Source: Acidimicrobiaceae bacterium (GTDB taxonomy: Bacteria > Actinomycetota > Acidimicrobiia > Actinomarinales > Actinomarinaceae). From it: 64,000 nt of DNA. The stretch spans positions 4,692 through 68,691 of the forward strand of contig JAOMBT010000004.1 of NCBI GenBank assembly GCA_028344675.1, written 5' to 3'. The notes under the pieces are model-generated. The model searched no databases and was not told where the DNA came from. It was given only the letters and a program-made list of their open reading frames with translations. A program made the position numbers and the translations under genes. Shown here piece by piece: positions 1 through 9,928 of this stretch (positions are counted from its first letter, which is position 1; each line of letters begins with the position of its first letter).

Positions 1-2400
1 AGCTAAACCATTTATTGATAACAATAATGCTCTTTCTTCTTTTTCAGATAATTTAGTATTTTGCATTTTTTTCATCAGCGTAATCTGTATTAATGAGAGA
101 GGGTCTAAGTAGGCATTTCTTACATTCAATGTATTCTTTAAAACCGTATTATCAGAAAGTAAATCGTTAGTTTGCTTAATGTTCTTAATAGAACTTTTTA
201 CTAGTTTTGCTTCTTTAGCTATATTTTTATGGATTTTTAAACTTTGCTTGTTTAATAGTGCATTTACATAAAGTTTTGATATTTTTAAGTCAGATTTAAA
301 TACTGTCATTTCTACATTGCTTATAACATTTTGAAGAAATTCTGAGTTTTTATAAATTCTTCTGATTTCTTCTATGCCGTATTTATTAATCATATAATCA
401 AGTGCCGTTCCTGAACCATACCAACCTGTTAATGTATTTCTTGTTTGAGCCCACCCAAATACCCAAGGTATCGCTCTATAATTTTCTAATGAACTACTGG
501 ACTGACTTCTTTTACTTGGTCTTGATCCAATATTTAAAATCGATAATAAATTAACTGGAGTACCATTTTCAAAAAAATTAATTAATCCATCTTGCTGAAT
601 AAATTGCCTATATGAATTAAAAGAGACTTCCGCCAACTCATTTAATAATTTTTGGTGCTTCAATTTCATCGCTTTACTACTAGAAGATCTATTTATAAAA
701 GCTGCAACACCCAGTTTTAGGTTTTCAAATGCTAAGTATGGTGTTGAATATTTATCTGAAATAACTTCACCTTGTTCTGTATATCTTATCTCATTTGAAA
801 TTGTTCCTTTAGGCTGAGACATAATAGAATTATATGTAGGTCCACCTCCTCTACTAATTGTTCCTCCCCTGCCATGGAAATAGTTAATAACAATATTATT
901 ATTTATCCCGACTTCATAAATTGCGATTTGGGCTTTATAAACACTCCATTGTGAAGCAACAATACCACCATCTTTATTTGAGTCTGAATAACCTAGCATT
1001 ATCTCTTGAGTTCCATTTTTATGCTCTTTTAGGAACTTAATGTAAGAAGATGTTTTAAATAAGTCATCTATTATTGAAGCAGATAAATCCAAATCATCAA
1101 TCTCTTCAATTAATGGTGTTAATGATGGAATATTTTTTATAGGCATGTTTTCTTTACATAAATTAAAAAGATTGATTATATCTAAATGAGATTTAGTCAT
1201 AGATAAAATTAAGGATTTAAATACATTATTGCCATATATTTGTTGTAATTTAGGTATCTCAGCCAATAGATTTGAAAAATCAGAATGTAATTTTCCTTTT
1301 TTTGAATTGATCACAGATGAATTTTGTCTTATGTCTAAAGAGACACCATGAAATTCAAACTGTTCAATATAATTAATAAATTTATTTAATTTATTAATTT
1401 GCATCTTATTTCCAAATACACTGTTTACAGAATCTCTAAAAATTAATACATCTTTATGAAATTCATCAAAATATTGATACCCTTTTTTATTTTTTTGAAA
1501 ATTATCTAATCTATGAAAAACGAGTGATAAAAAAATTCTAAAAGGCTCATCAAAATTTATACTTGAGTAATGCCTATATTCATTTGGTAATAACTTTGAG
1601 TAATTTTTTATTGATATTTCTAAAGATTTTGGACATTTAACAAAGTCTGTTGAAATACTAAACTCTTCTGATAATTCAATAATTTTTCTTTTATATATAT
1701 TAATGATTTGATTGGAGTAGATTTTTAAAGCATCCTTTGTAACCCTAGTGGTGATAAATGGATTTCCATCCTTGTCAGCTCCCACCCAAGAACCAAAATT
1801 AATATTAAATTTATTGGTACTGGTTTTAATTTCATCATCATTAACTATGTTTTCATAAACATCTGTATACAGGATTTCAAGATAGTAAATTAAAGATTTT
1901 ACTTCATCTAGAGGATCTGGCTTGGTTGATCTTATATCTCTTGTATACCAAAGTTGTGATATCAAAGTATTTATTTCACTCATATCATTTGATGAGTTTT
2001 TCTCTATTAGTTCACCAATTTTATATATTTTTTTTAACGTAGACTGTCTTGAACTTTCTGTTGGATGAGCGGTAAACACAGGAGTAAATGACAGTTCTGT
2101 TTTTTGTGTTTTTCTTATTTTTACTTTTTTATTTTCAAGAAAATGTTCTCGAAATACCTGTTCTGCGATATTAGAGAGATAAAAAAATATCGTAAAAGAT
2201 TTAGTAATTATAAAAATTTCATCAGGATTTAATTTGTTTAAAAGAGTAAATATATTCTTTAAATATTTTTCATCTTTTGTTGAGCGATATTTTTTGGAGT
2301 TTAATCTAATTTTTTCTACAATTTTATAGTATTTTATTCCAGCCTGTTCTTTTATTACATTTCCTAATTCATTTCCAAGAAGCTTAATAGTTACTGGCAA
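1..2400 (-). CDS. ppc: Phosphoenolpyruvate carboxylase; the 3' end runs off the window start, with only about 8-10 codons missing
   Basis: Absent from the ORF track because the frame is open at the window edge. My minus-strand translation gives four PEPC signatures. rc(2377-2400) = TTG-P-V-T-I-K-L-L, followed by GNELGNVIKEQAG. rc(961-1008) = QEIMLGYSDSNKDGGI. rc(838-879) = FHGRGGTISRGGGP. rc(1-51) = LSEKEERALLLSINGLA, just short of the conserved C-terminal RNTG. The start codon is uncertain; TTG at 2400 is the only start-like codon before the neighbouring stop. Confidence 0.9.
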   Translation of the reverse strand, partial: MPVTIKLLGNELGNVIKEQAGIKYYKIVEKIRLNSKKYRSTKDEKYLKNIFTLLNKLNPDEIFIITKSFTIFFYLSNIAEQVFREHFLENKKVKIRKTQKTELSFTPVFTAHPTESSRQSTLKKIYKIGELIEKNSSNDMSEINTLISQLWYTRDIRSTKPDPLDEVKSLIYYLEILYTDVYENIVNDDEIKTSTNKFNINFGSWVGADKDGNPFITTRVTKDALKIYSNQIINIYKRKIIELSEEFSISTDFVKCPKSLEISIKNYSKLLPNEYRHYSSINFDEPFRIFLSLVFHRLDNFQKNKKGYQYFDEFHKDVLIFRDSVNSVFGNKMQINKLNKFINYIEQFEFHGVSLDIRQNSSVINSKKGKLHSDFSNLLAEIPKLQQIYGNNVFKSLILSMTKSHLDIINLFNLCKENMPIKNIPSLTPLIEEIDDLDLSASIIDDLFKTSSYIKFLKEHKNGTQEIMLGYSDSNKDGGIVASQWSVYKAQIAIYEVGINNNIVINYFHGRGGTISRGGGPTYNSIMSQPKGTISNEIRYTEQGEVISDKYSTPYLAFENLKLGVAAFINRSSSSKAMKLKHQKLLNELAEVSFNSYRQFIQQDGLINFFENGTPVNLLSILNIGSRPSKRSQSSSSLENYRAIPWVFGWAQTRNTLTGWYGSGTALDYMINKYGIEEIRRIYKNSEFLQNVISNVEMTVFKSDLKISKLYVNALLNKQSLKIHKNIAKEAKLVKSSIKNIKQTNDLLSDNTVLKNTLNVRNAYLDPLSLIQITLMKKMQNTKLSEKEERALLLSINGLA

Positions 2401-2422
2401 TGTATGAAAATTAACGATTATA

Positions 2423-3691
2423 TTAAATCCTTTCAGTACTTTTAATAAATTTACTTCCTGTAGTGTCGAAAACTATATTTTCAAACGCTTCAAAATTTAT
2501 ATTAGCAAATTGGGTGTGAGGTGTTAAGACTAAAAGCATGTCATAATTTTTAAAATTACCTACCGACAATTCTTTAGTTACATTTGTATCAGAAATTACT
2601 ACATTATCAACAAAAGGATCATAAAAAGATACATCTGAATTCTTTTCTATTAGAAGTTCAATAATATCAAGCGCCGGTGATTCCCTCATGTCACTAATAT
2701 CTTTTTTATATGCCACACCTAATATTAAAATTTTAGAATTTTTTAAAATTTTATCTTTAGAATTTAACAACTCACTTACTCTAGTAACAACATAGGAGGG
2801 CATGGAATTATTTATTTCTTGAGCTAATTCAACAAATCTAACTGGTTTACCAATTTGACGAGTTTTAAATGATAAATATTCTGGATCAACTGGTATGCAA
2901 TGACCCCCTACACCAGGTCCTGGAGTGAAAGATTGAAAGCCAAAAGGTTTTGTTTTTGCAGCATTAACAACTTCCCAGATATCAATTTCTAACATTTTGC
3001 AAAGCATTGCTAATTCATTTATTAGTGCAATATTTACATGTCTGTAAGTATTTTCCAGCAACTTAACCATTTCAGCTTCTTTGGTTCCATTTACTATTAC
3101 AGTTTCATCAATAATAGACTCATAAAAAATTTTAATTTTTTCTAAAGAATTTGCATCAATACCACTAATAACTTTAGGAGTATTTTTAAACTTCCACTCT
3201 TGGTTTCCTGGATCGATTCTTTCAGGAGAGTAGCCTACAAAAAAATCATCTCCTGCTTTAAGACCTGAGTATTTTTCAAGATTTGGAATTAATACCTCAA
3301 TAGTTGTTCCAGGATAAGTAGTTGATTCTAAAATAATAACTTGGTTTTTAACTAAATTTTCTCCTACTGCTTTTGCAGCAGATATAACATATGAAAGATC
3401 AGGCTGGTAATCAGTTAGCGGTGTTGGAACGCTAATAACTACATTATTACAGTTTGCAAGTTTTGAAGAATCAGATGTTGCAGTGAAGTTTTTTAATACA
3501 TCAGCTAACTCACTATCACTAACATCTTCTATTGGTGATAGTCCTTTATTAATATCGTTAATTCTAGATTCATCAATATCAAATCCAAGAACAGAGAGAT
3601 TTCGATTTGCTGATTCAACTGCTAAAGGCAAGCCGACATACCCCAAACCTACAACTCCTAGATCATAAATAAAAGATGTTTCTTCAGACAT
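2423..3691 (-). CDS. Nucleotide-sugar 6-dehydrogenase (UDP-ManNAc/UDP-GlcNAc dehydrogenase, WecC/TviB-like)
   Basis: UDP-glucose/GDP-mannose dehydrogenase family motifs: Rossmann GVVGLGYVGLPLA, ESTTYPGTT, GYSPERIDPGN and catalytic GGHCIPVDP. I moved the start from the track's 3739 (TTG) to ATG 3691. That ATG has a GAGGAA Shine-Dalgarno 5 nt upstream and overlaps the upstream stop by 8 nt. Confidence 0.85.
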   Translation of the reverse strand: MSEETSFIYDLGVVGLGYVGLPLAVESANRNLSVLGFDIDESRINDINKGLSPIEDVSDSELADVLKNFTATSDSSKLANCNNVVISVPTPLTDYQPDLSYVISAAKAVGENLVKNQVIILESTTYPGTTIEVLIPNLEKYSGLKAGDDFFVGYSPERIDPGNQEWKFKNTPKVISGIDANSLEKIKIFYESIIDETVIVNGTKEAEMVKLLENTYRHVNIALINELAMLCKMLEIDIWEVVNAAKTKPFGFQSFTPGPGVGGHCIPVDPEYLSFKTRQIGKPVRFVELAQEINNSMPSYVVTRVSELLNSKDKILKNSKILILGVAYKKDISDMRESPALDIIELLIEKNSDVSFYDPFVDNVVISDTNVTKELSVGNFKNYDMLLVLTPHTQFANINFEAFENIVFDTTGSKFIKSTERI

Positions 3692-4763
3692 ATATTTCCT
3701 CATATATTCTCTGAGATGTTTTTCCATCCCAAAAATCAATTTTATTATTATTCGATAGTTTAGTAATCAGTGAGGTGTTTATTTCACTTATAATATTTTT
3801 GTTAACTCCAATTACTTTATTGGTACCCAATTCAACTGTGATAGGTCTTTCAGTCTCATCTCTTAAAGTTAGACACTTTTTGTTTAAATAAGTAGTTTCC
3901 TCCTGTAGGCCTCCTGAATCAGTAAGACACAGTGTTGAATTATAAACAAGGGAAAGAAATTTTATATAAGGTTGTGGATCAATTACTTTAAATCTAGAAG
4001 TATTAAAATTATTTTCTTGAATGAAAGCCTTTAATCTTGGATGTGCAGGTATAACAATGTCATGATTATCTGTAAATTCTAAAAGTCCATCAAAAATTAT
4101 CGATAGTTTTTCATCAATAAGATTTGCTGGACGATGAAGCGTCAAAACAAAATAATCTCTATTGATTGAAAATTCTGATGAGATTTTATTTTTACTTGAA
4201 GTAATTTTTTCATAATTATCAACTAAGGTATCTATCATAATATTGCCAACATTAGAAATTTTTTCCATGGAAATATTTTCATTTAATAGATTATCTACAG
4301 CATCTGGAGAAGGGGTAAATAATTTATCGCATATTGAATCGACCATTATTCGATTTCTTTCTTCTGGCATATTTAAATTATTTGACCTTAATCCTGCTTC
4401 TACATGAAAACAGTCAACTGAATTATTTTTTGCTACTATTGCACCTGACAAAGTTGAGGTAACATCTCCAAATACAAATAAACTTTTTGTTGTATTAAGA
4501 TTTATGTAATCATCTAATCCATTAATTATGCTTCCCAGTTGAATGTTCATAGATTGGTTATGTATGTCCAAATTAATATCCGGTTTTCTTAATCCAATAT
4601 CTTTAAAAATATCTTCAGACATATTTTTATCCCAGTGTTGACCGGTATGGATAAATAGTACTTTTTTGTTTTGCTCTTCGAAATAACGCAAAAGCGGTGC
4701 TACTTTTACAAAATTTGGTCTAGCACCAACAATCATTGCAGTATCATATTTTGTTTTTGTCAC
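3684..4763 (-). CDS. wecB: UDP-N-acetylglucosamine 2-epimerase (non-hydrolysing, WecB/MnaA-like)
   Basis: Epimerase_2 family motifs: MIVGARPNFVKVAPL, HVEAGLRS, MPEERNR, DSGGLQEE. GTG start at 4763, with ATG 4736 as an alternative. Coupled to the downstream dehydrogenase. Confidence 0.85.
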   Translation of the reverse strand: MTKTKYDTAMIVGARPNFVKVAPLLRYFEEQNKKVLFIHTGQHWDKNMSEDIFKDIGLRKPDINLDIHNQSMNIQLGSIINGLDDYINLNTTKSLFVFGDVTSTLSGAIVAKNNSVDCFHVEAGLRSNNLNMPEERNRIMVDSICDKLFTPSPDAVDNLLNENISMEKISNVGNIMIDTLVDNYEKITSSKNKISSEFSINRDYFVLTLHRPANLIDEKLSIIFDGLLEFTDNHDIVIPAHPRLKAFIQENNFNTSRFKVIDPQPYIKFLSLVYNSTLCLTDSGGLQEETTYLNKKCLTLRDETERPITVELGTNKVIGVNKNIISEINTSLITKLSNNNKIDFWDGKTSQRIYEEIYV

Positions 4764-4816
4764 GTTTACTATATTAGTAGGTATTAATAATCAAATTATT
4801 AACTATTATTGAATCA

Positions 4817-5737
4817 GTGAAAAGAGTTGTACTTAATTTATGCGGTATTAAATCTAAAGGTGGTATTAATATTGCAAAAGACTTTATTAAAAATAATGAT
4901 CATCTAAGCCTATTTATAATCTTTGATAACGAAGAATTTTATGAATTCATTGAAAAGTATGAAAAAAAATTCATAAATATTCCACGTTATTTACATCCCT
5001 TTTTAAGCTTGTTCATAAGTAAAGCAACAAGAAAAAAAATTAACGGACACGATTTAATAATTCACTTTGGAAATTTTGGATTTAAATCAAAAATTAAAAG
5101 TTTAACTTTTATTCAAAACATACTTCCATTAGTGACACCCTTCTCTTCTTTTAGAAATCTTTTTCTAAGAATTCTCTATAAATTTAACTTTTCTATATCT
5201 GATGAAATCATCGTTCAGCAAAAACATGTGGCTGAACTTATAAGTTCAAGTAAAACGAAAATAATTGGAAACATAATTTATAAAAAAATAAAGCAGAACA
5301 ACGTTGGTGGATTTGTTGTAATAATTGAAGATAATATAAATAAAAATCCAAATTTTTTAATAAGGGTAGTAGACAAGTTAATTGAATTAAATTTTAAAGT
5401 TACCGTAATCAATACCTCAAAATTTACTATTTCAAATAAGGCAAAAGTTGTAATAAGTCCTAGTCATGAAGAACTACTAGAAGTTTTTAACAAAAACCAA
5501 ACATATATTCATGCCAGTGATTATGAAACTGTAGGCTTACCAATTTATGAAGCACTTAACAGTGGTCTCAAAGTAGTTGTTCCAAAAAAAGATTACATTT
5601 CTATTGAAAATCCAAATATTTATAAATATAAAATTGGTGATATTGAGTCAATTATTCAAGCTTGTTTGGATTCAGCAAATAAAAAAAGTGAGTTTGAAGA
5701 AGTCCCTATTTATTTTGAAGATTGGAAATTAACTTAA
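4817..5737 (+). CDS. Putative glycosyltransferase (GT-B fold, GT4-like C-terminal half)
   Basis: The C-terminal pattern HASDYETVGLPIYEALNSGLKVVV resembles the GT4 E-x7-E region. The N-terminal half is not recognisable. GTG start. Confidence 0.5.
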   Translation: MKRVVLNLCGIKSKGGINIAKDFIKNNDHLSLFIIFDNEEFYEFIEKYEKKFINIPRYLHPFLSLFISKATRKKINGHDLIIHFGNFGFKSKIKSLTFIQNILPLVTPFSSFRNLFLRILYKFNFSISDEIIVQQKHVAELISSSKTKIIGNIIYKKIKQNNVGGFVVIIEDNINKNPNFLIRVVDKLIELNFKVTVINTSKFTISNKAKVVISPSHEELLEVFNKNQTYIHASDYETVGLPIYEALNSGLKVVVPKKDYISIENPNIYKYKIGDIESIIQACLDSANKKSEFEEVPIYFEDWKLT

Positions 5738-6952
5738 ATCATTAATAATTTTTTTAGAAGTGAAATTACTATCAAAAGTTTTGTAATCAAAATTAAACTC
5801 ACCAAGTTCAAACACTTTTAAAAATTTATCAATTTCTTCATTTGATGTATTTTTGTTAATAATTTTAAAATTTTTAAATAAATCTTCAAATTCATATAAA
5901 GGGTCATCTTTAATTTCTGCAAAATGCAAGACTGGTTTACCTAGGGATATATATTCAATAACCTTACTTGGTAATTGATATTTATTAAAATTACCAATAG
6001 AGAGAAGAATATGCATTTCTTCTAACATAATCTTTGTTGCTTTATCTCTTGAAACTAAATCATAAATATTATGAATCTGATTGATACTAATTTTATTTAA
6101 GAATTTTTTTGATTCTTGGTTCGTATACCAAAAATGTTCAAATTTATCACTATAAAAATTATGGACAAGTTTTAAATAGTTTTCAGGGTCTCTAACTCTA
6201 TCAGTAAAAATTCCAAAGTATCCTATCTTCAAAGGTTTCTGAGAATAATTATAATTTATTGATTTTGAAAGTGAGTTTTTGTCAATTAACCCTATCGGGT
6301 ATCCATTCACTACTTTTGATGCTGGAATATCAAAATATTTCATATGTAATTCTGATGCTTCTTTATGTGTGAAAATAATTTTTGAAGCATTTTTATAATA
6401 TTTTTTTTCAATAAAACGATTGATAAATGAAAAAAGAAACTTGTTATTTTCAGATGAAAATTTTTTCAATGAAAAAGGATCTCCTATATCCATATACCAT
6501 TCTGCATTTAACCTTTTAGTTAGCAAGTAAGCACATACGTGAGAGGTAAAAGGAAGACTAATTGATATTATTATGTCATAGTCATCATGAATCTTTTTTT
6601 TATTTTTGTAAATTGTAAAAATCCAAAACATCGCATAGTCAGGCCAAGCAAAAGTTTTAAAAAGAAAACGATATATATGCTTTAGAATTCTAAATATCAA
6701 CTTTTTTAAGTTAGAACTTCTTGAATCATTAGAATTTTGTCGAACAGTATTAATGACACCTGATATGCTCTTATTGCCAAAATATAACACCTTGTAATTC
6801 TTAGCAGATGCTTGGGGTCTAGTACCTGAAAGAACTGTAATATCATTACCTTGATCTACAAGGTAATCAATTAATAAGCTCCACCTTGTAGTTCTCGGAC
6901 TTACATGTGGTAAAAATTGGTGTGTAACAATTAGTATTTTTTTATTTTTCAT
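5729..6952 (-). CDS. Putative glycosyltransferase (GT-B fold, GT4-like)
   Basis: N-terminus KILIVTHQFLPHVSPRTTRW and C-terminal LPSKVIEYISLGKPVLHF are typical of divergent group-1 glycosyltransferases. Soluble, located inside a glycan operon. Confidence 0.55.
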   Translation of the reverse strand: MKNKKILIVTHQFLPHVSPRTTRWSLLIDYLVDQGNDITVLSGTRPQASAKNYKVLYFGNKSISGVINTVRQNSNDSRSSNLKKLIFRILKHIYRFLFKTFAWPDYAMFWIFTIYKNKKKIHDDYDIIISISLPFTSHVCAYLLTKRLNAEWYMDIGDPFSLKKFSSENNKFLFSFINRFIEKKYYKNASKIIFTHKEASELHMKYFDIPASKVVNGYPIGLIDKNSLSKSINYNYSQKPLKIGYFGIFTDRVRDPENYLKLVHNFYSDKFEHFWYTNQESKKFLNKISINQIHNIYDLVSRDKATKIMLEEMHILLSIGNFNKYQLPSKVIEYISLGKPVLHFAEIKDDPLYEFEDLFKNFKIINKNTSNEEIDKFLKVFELGEFNFDYKTFDSNFTSKKIINDLS

Positions 6953-8318
6953 AATTTTTTAAATTTAGTCCAAAAGATATAGCTATTGCCAAATGTGTTG
7001 CCAATTCCTCTGCTTGGTAAGAATATACAAATAAAGTTGTAATAAAACTAATTAATAGATACGGCTGTAATGGCGTTGGTTTAAACACTATCTTTCTTAA
7101 AATTTCTATCAAAATATATAAAAACCAAAGTAAGCCCACCAAACCTGTAGACATTAAAATATTTGCATATAGATTATTAAATGACACCACCTGCCCAGGA
7201 TTTCTATAGATAATTTGATTTTCAACTAACTGCTTTCCAGCTTCATCAGCAGCATAAGAAAAAGCAATATTTGAATATCCATAGCCTTCTCCAAATAAGG
7301 AAAAGCCAGCATTTTGAATATATTCTAGAAGAAAAGCTGTGTTACCAAAGGCATCCAGACCTTGAGAGCTTATTTCCCTAAAGCGACCAAAGGTACCTTC
7401 TGAAAAACTAGATGAATTCTTTAACTCGTCTAACCTATCCTCTGGTGTGCAAACACACTCTAAACTATTAGCATTACAAGTATTTTCATCAGGTGGAAAT
7501 TGATATGAAAAAATACCAGAAGTAAAAATTACTAACAAGAAGATAGACAGCATTGATATAATATTTAATTCAAACTTCTTATGTAGTAGGTAAAGCAAAA
7601 CAGTAACTATGATGATTGCGGCAACAAATGCTATTATTCCAGTCAAACTTCTACTTAAAACAACACTAAAAATAGGAATTAAGGAGAGAGCATACCATAC
7701 CTTATTTTTCTTACCTAAATAAAAGAAATACGGAATGAATGGAACAGTCCATATAGCTAAGAAACTAGGTTCTCTAAAAGTTCCATAATTTCTTAAAATA
7801 TTGCATGCTCTTTGAATAGGCTGAGTCCAACCTCCAGAACCTGGTCTTGTTCTTGGAAAATCACTATAGCCATAGATATACGAAAAGTAACTAACAATAG
7901 AGAGTGTTGATATAACAATGCTAGATATCAAAAAGAATTTAAGTATTTTTTCAAAATCGTGTTTTTGTAAAATATAATTTATCGAATAAATAACAATCAA
8001 GAAAAGGAGTAATCTCAAGAGCCTTAAACTTATATATTGGAAGTAAGAGGTGCTTGCATATTTTGGAAGTATTAGATCATTAAAAAAAGATTGAATTAAA
8101 GTAATAAAAATTCCATAAATAATCCAATTTCTTATTGAGAATAAATTTAAATTAAATGTTCTTAACCCTAAAAAGTAACAAATTAAATAAACTACCGATA
8201 AAAAAGATACTCCGATCCAGTATATTGGAATATTTTGAATTGAAAAAGCATCCAGTCCCTCAAATACTAAAAATGCACTGAGTGAATATAACAATATATT
8301 TGAATATTTTAAATTCAA
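6942..8318 (-). CDS. Polytopic membrane protein, O-antigen polymerase/ligase-like (Wzy_C type)
   Basis: Ten or more hydrophobic segments. Contains an SRSLTGIIAFVAA motif, then a roughly 120-aa hydrophilic loop with CNANSLECVC, followed by FNNLYANILMSTGLVGL. Shares GTFREPSFL with the ORF at 51904-53259. TTG start overlaps the upstream stop by 4 nt. Confidence 0.6.
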   Translation of the reverse strand: MNLKYSNILLYSLSAFLVFEGLDAFSIQNIPIYWIGVSFLSVVYLICYFLGLRTFNLNLFSIRNWIIYGIFITLIQSFFNDLILPKYASTSYFQYISLRLLRLLLFLIVIYSINYILQKHDFEKILKFFLISSIVISTLSIVSYFSYIYGYSDFPRTRPGSGGWTQPIQRACNILRNYGTFREPSFLAIWTVPFIPYFFYLGKKNKVWYALSLIPIFSVVLSRSLTGIIAFVAAIIIVTVLLYLLHKKFELNIISMLSIFLLVIFTSGIFSYQFPPDENTCNANSLECVCTPEDRLDELKNSSSFSEGTFGRFREISSQGLDAFGNTAFLLEYIQNAGFSLFGEGYGYSNIAFSYAADEAGKQLVENQIIYRNPGQVVSFNNLYANILMSTGLVGLLWFLYILIEILRKIVFKPTPLQPYLLISFITTLFVYSYQAEELATHLAIAISFGLNLKNYEK

Positions 8319-9928
8319 CTTATCCTCTTGTATCCATTAGAAAATTGGACTTTAACTCCTTCATTTTCCTCACCCCATGAAGTATATTCCTCTAATTCAA
8401 CATCATTTGAGAAATCTTCAATACTTACTTTTCCATCGCTTATAGATATTTTGCGGTAGACTTTTTTTCCATTAAATTCAACAGAACCTAAAAAGCTTTC
8501 TTTATCAAAATGCAATACTTCCCCATCACTCATATAGTTCAATTTAAAACAATCAAACTCATCTTCTTTGGGAAATTTCATTTTAGGTTTTGGTCCCCAA
8601 TGGTATTCAAGTGATCTAAATCTATTTCTAATTTCAATATCATCGGTATATGTACCAGTACCAGGATCTCTAGCTATCCATTTACTGTCAGCAAAGCACT
8701 CTATTGAAAGTTGATCATAGTGAGAATGTCCACCTATTCCATTTTGACCTATAGGCCCACATCGAATACTGAAATATTCATAATCATTTCTCCATATATA
8801 AATACCAAACTCTTTAAAACTGTAACTCTTATAATCTTTTGTAAATACTTTGATTGGTTTATGAGTAACTTTATTAAAGGTATCAAACAAGGGTGGGCTA
8901 GATGTAATCTCATAGTTAAATTTTTTATACTCTTCCTCAATTTCAGAGTTAAGATAAAGACTTCCAATTAAATCAATTAACCAAGTCATTTTTAAAGGGG
9001 CTTCTTCATCAAATTTAAAGTAAAATAATCTTCCAGAATCATTATCTCCAATTTGTGATAACTCATCATTATTGATTAGTTTTGATAAAAGAAATCTGTT
9101 TGTTTTGACTATATTGTCAATTTTGGGAATAAGATTAGAGTTGATGTCTACTTCTTCAATTGCAAGCTTACAAATTATAAGAGCTTCTGTTACAAAAGCA
9201 GAATAGTGACTGGATCCCTCAAAATTAGTTCCATCTTCATAAAATTGGTTATTTAACTGAGATAAAAGTTCATTTTGATAATATTGAAATTCCTCTTTAT
9301 CATTATCAAATTTAAATGTAGCTATTGTTAGTAAAATAGATGTAAGTTCTACTAAATAATGATTACCAATAACATTTCCTTTATTTTCTAAATTAGTTGT
9401 TATAAATTCATAATGTTGACTTATATAAGAAGTCAACAAATCAATATTATTTCCAAGAATTTCACCAGATTGCTGTGAATTTTCAATTGAAATAAGTTGA
9501 AATATTAAATTAATATTTCTTATTGCAACATCCATTGGACTATTCCAATAAATTAATGGAAACTTATTAACGTCGATACTTCCTGCATTAGCTTTTTGTA
9601 AATACTGTAACCTTGATGCCTCGTAGGGAACCTTTACATCAGCCTTATTAAAAAAAGCTGGTTTTAACTTTTTATTTGAAAAATCAAAATTTGAAAATAT
9701 ATCCTCTGATATCTCGTATTTATTGGAATTCCTACCAAATATTTTTAGATTATCATTTAAATCAACTAAATATTGATCACTTGGTGTACATTCTCTAATT
9801 ATAAATTTTTGAAAATCAGAATCTCTTCGATTAAATATTCTAAAACTTGATGGGATTTCAATTTGAGGTTGAAGCAAGTTATAAATGAAGTATTTAACTT
9901 TTTTGAGAATTGTTTTTAAACTAATCAT
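8315..9928 (-). CDS. Heparinase II/III-like (alginate-lyase-fold) protein, apparently cytoplasmic
   Basis: GNHYLVEL, EGSSHYSAF and GIGGHSHYDQLS resemble the conserved N/H/Y and H-x-H-x-D blocks of the heparinase II/III family. There is no N-terminal hydrophobic signal or TM segment. Confidence 0.55.
   Translation of the reverse strand: MISLKTILKKVKYFIYNLLQPQIEIPSSFRIFNRRDSDFQKFIIRECTPSDQYLVDLNDNLKIFGRNSNKYEISEDIFSNFDFSNKKLKPAFFNKADVKVPYEASRLQYLQKANAGSIDVNKFPLIYWNSPMDVAIRNINLIFQLISIENSQQSGEILGNNIDLLTSYISQHYEFITTNLENKGNVIGNHYLVELTSILLTIATFKFDNDKEEFQYYQNELLSQLNNQFYEDGTNFEGSSHYSAFVTEALIICKLAIEEVDINSNLIPKIDNIVKTNRFLLSKLINNDELSQIGDNDSGRLFYFKFDEEAPLKMTWLIDLIGSLYLNSEIEEEYKKFNYEITSSPPLFDTFNKVTHKPIKVFTKDYKSYSFKEFGIYIWRNDYEYFSIRCGPIGQNGIGGHSHYDQLSIECFADSKWIARDPGTGTYTDDIEIRNRFRSLEYHWGPKPKMKFPKEDEFDCFKLNYMSDGEVLHFDKESFLGSVEFNGKKVYRKISISDGKVSIEDFSNDVELEEYTSWGEENEGVKVQFSNGYKRIS

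Noticed and set aside
4784-4802. Inverted repeat TTAATAAT-CAA-ATTATTAA in the divergent gap between the wecB-like gene and the plus-strand GT.
   Set aside because: The arms are A/T only in a very AT-rich spacer, so a chance palindrome is likely. I did not list it as a feature.
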